From contig NC_087245.1 in the NCBI RefSeq assembly GCF_037042905.1, forward strand, positions 7,566,001 through 7,630,000: a stretch of DNA of 64,000 nt. The letters run 5' to 3'. Under the pieces are notes generated by a model. That model was not told the origin of the DNA and did no database searches. It saw only the letters and a program-made list of their open reading frames with translations. How positions within the stretch are numbered: position 1 is the first letter of the stretch; each line of letters begins with the position of its first letter. This DNA comes from Lytechinus pictus (taxonomy: Eukaryota). Both the position numbers and the translations under genes were made by a program. Below, piece by piece: positions 61,901 to 64,000 of this stretch.

Positions 61901-62551
61901 GTTAATCAAGTATTACTGAACATCCTGCCTGAGTTTCATGTCACATGACCAAGGTCAAAGGTCATTTAGGGTCAATGAACTTAGACCATGTTGGGGGAAT
62001 CAACATCAAAATCTTAACCTAAGGTTAAGTTTTTGAAATGTCATCATAACTTAGAAAATATATGGACCTAGTTCATGAAACTTATACATAAGGTTAATCA
62101 AGTATCACTGAACATCCTGCATGAGTTTCACGTCACATAACCAAGGTCAAAGGTCATTTAGGGTCAATGAACTTTGGCCAAATTGGGGGTATCTGTTGAA
62201 TTACCATCATAACTTTGAAAGTTTATGGATCTGATTCTTGAAACTTGGACATAATAGTAATCAAGTATTACTGAACATCCTGTGCAAGTTTCAGGTCACA
62301 TGATCAAGGTCAAAGGTCATTTAGGGTCAATGAACTTTGGCCAAATTGGGGTATTTGTTGAATTACAGCCATAAATTTGAAAGTGTGTTGGTCTAGTTCA
62401 TAAAACTTGGACATAAGAGTAATCAGGTATCACTGAACATCCTGTGCGAGTTTCAGGTCACATGATCAAGGTCAAAGGTCATGTAAGGTCAAAGAACTTT
62501 GGCCACGTTGCTGGTACATGTATTTGTTGAATTGCCATCATATCTCTTTAA

Positions 62552-63124
62552 AGGAGAATGAAACCCTTGAAACCAGCTGAATCCATATCAAAGAGAAAAA
62601 TCAAAGAAACATATTGTTGAAAGTTTGAGGAAGATTGAATGAATAATAAGAAAGTTATGAGCATTTGAATATTGAGATCACTAGTGCCATGTAGATCCTC
62701 CCATCGGCAATGCGACCAAGATCTATGATATCACACACGTACAACTCCCTCATTACTTTAGTACTTATTTCACTTATATTCTCACTTTTATAGAGTATAT
62801 CACAAGGTGAGGTGTTCTCTTTATGAGATGACAAGTACAGAGGTTTCACAACATTATATCATTGATGAATCGTTTGTCATATGATTAGAATGAGCAAAAA
62901 GAGATGTTTTGGGGTATATTTTCAGTGTCCAAATGGGAGAGTTGTACGTGTGTGACATCACAGATCTTGATCGCATTGCCAATGGGAGGATCTCCATAGC
63001 ATTAGTGATCTCGACATTCAAATGCTCATAACTCTTTTATTGCTAGTCCTAATTTACTCAAAGTTTTGTTGATCTTATTCTTTGATTTTTCTGCTTTCAC
63101 AAAAGCTAACTTGCTCCAAGAGTT
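62552..63124. mobile_element. Same TTAA MITE in unit 3, right terminus deleted
   Basis: 46-bp deletion removes TCATTCTCCT, the TTAA and 32 bp of flank. Confidence 0.93.
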
Positions 63125-64000
63125 AAGAGTAACCAAGTATCACTGAACATCTTGTGCGAGTCATAGTAGTTTTCAAAATCAGCACTGCTGCTATATTGAA
63201 TCGCGTGATGCAGGTGAGACGGCCAGAGGCATTCCACTTGTTGTATGTATTGACCCCCAAACAAGGACATTTTAAGGACTATATTTTAGGTATCCATTAA
63301 GAGTAAAAATATCTCAGCATAGTCATCTAATGATAGTGGCATCCTTTGCTGATTTTGTTAGAATTACATCTAAACGTATGAAGCACTTTTTGTAGTCATA
63401 GTAATCATAATTATCATACGCATCTCACTAATCAAATACTGCGAGCGCGAAGCGCGAGCTAAAAATTTATGAAATTCAGACCTGAAGAGGGGCATTCTAA
63501 GGCTTGTTTGTAGGAATTCACTAAGTCCTTACGTATTTCACTAACCAAATGATGCGAGCGCGAAGCGCGAGCTAAACATTTTTGATATTCAGATTAAAAA
63601 AATTGACATTTTAAGAACTGATTTTAGGAATTCATGAAGAGCAGACATCTCACCAATCAACTAATGCGAACGTTAGCACGGACAGGAAATGTTTTATATT
63701 AAGTCCCTAAAATTGGGCAATCACTTTAAGTAGTCATGAAAAAGAAGCAAATGTCACTACATAAAACAATAATAACTCGAAATGCGAGGAAATATATTTG
63801 GTGTATATTGGTTTAAAAACGGGAGGTTTTAGTACAACAGGATTATACATCTCGTTAAACAGTCTATGCGAGCACCAGGAACAATGAAGACATAGGCCCT
63901 GAGCAAACTGTTTCATAAAGTCATGAAAAAATGCTTCTTATGTAATAACATTATAATAAACAATAATTTCTTTTTTTTGGGGGGGGGGGGGGACGTGCCC

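Larger units (their letters stand above)
47322..64000 (+). repeat. Head-to-tail segmental triplication: unit 1 47322-53918 (6597 bp), unit 2 53919-61098 (7180 bp), unit 3 61099 to window end
   Basis: Identical junction ATTCGACC|CTTTGCCATTTTAG at 53919 and 61099; identical ORFs at offsets 6596 and 7179. Confidence 0.97.

Overview
AT-rich, intron-containing eukaryotic DNA crowded with repeats. The repeat types suggest a marine deuterostome, probably a sea urchin (inference only). Host genes: a complete 9-exon adenosine deaminase gene (+, 6355-21462, 355 aa, all Zn/catalytic residues present) and exon 1 of CHRAC1 (+, 30237-30356) with no further CHRAC1 exons recognisable. Coding mobile elements: an intact ORF2 of an L2/CR1-group LINE (-, 22682-25771) and a spliced 967-aa hAT-like DDE transposase (-, 39790-36293) ending in a Spindlin-like Tudor domain. 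The rest is MITEs (TTAA-, TA-, 3-bp-, 4-bp- and 8-bp-TSD types), tRNA-derived SINEs, minisatellites and a young head-to-tail 6.6-7.2 kb triplication (47322-end). The most unusual observations are (i) a tandem, splice-competent duplicate of ADA exon 2 with an in-frame TGA and an HLHIEG (adenine-deaminase-like) motif, (ii) a full cloverleaf tRNA-like gene with a TCA (opal-reading) anticodon and T6 terminator in ADA intron 1, and (iii) the Tudor-fused transposase. All alignments were done by eye; no database search was run.
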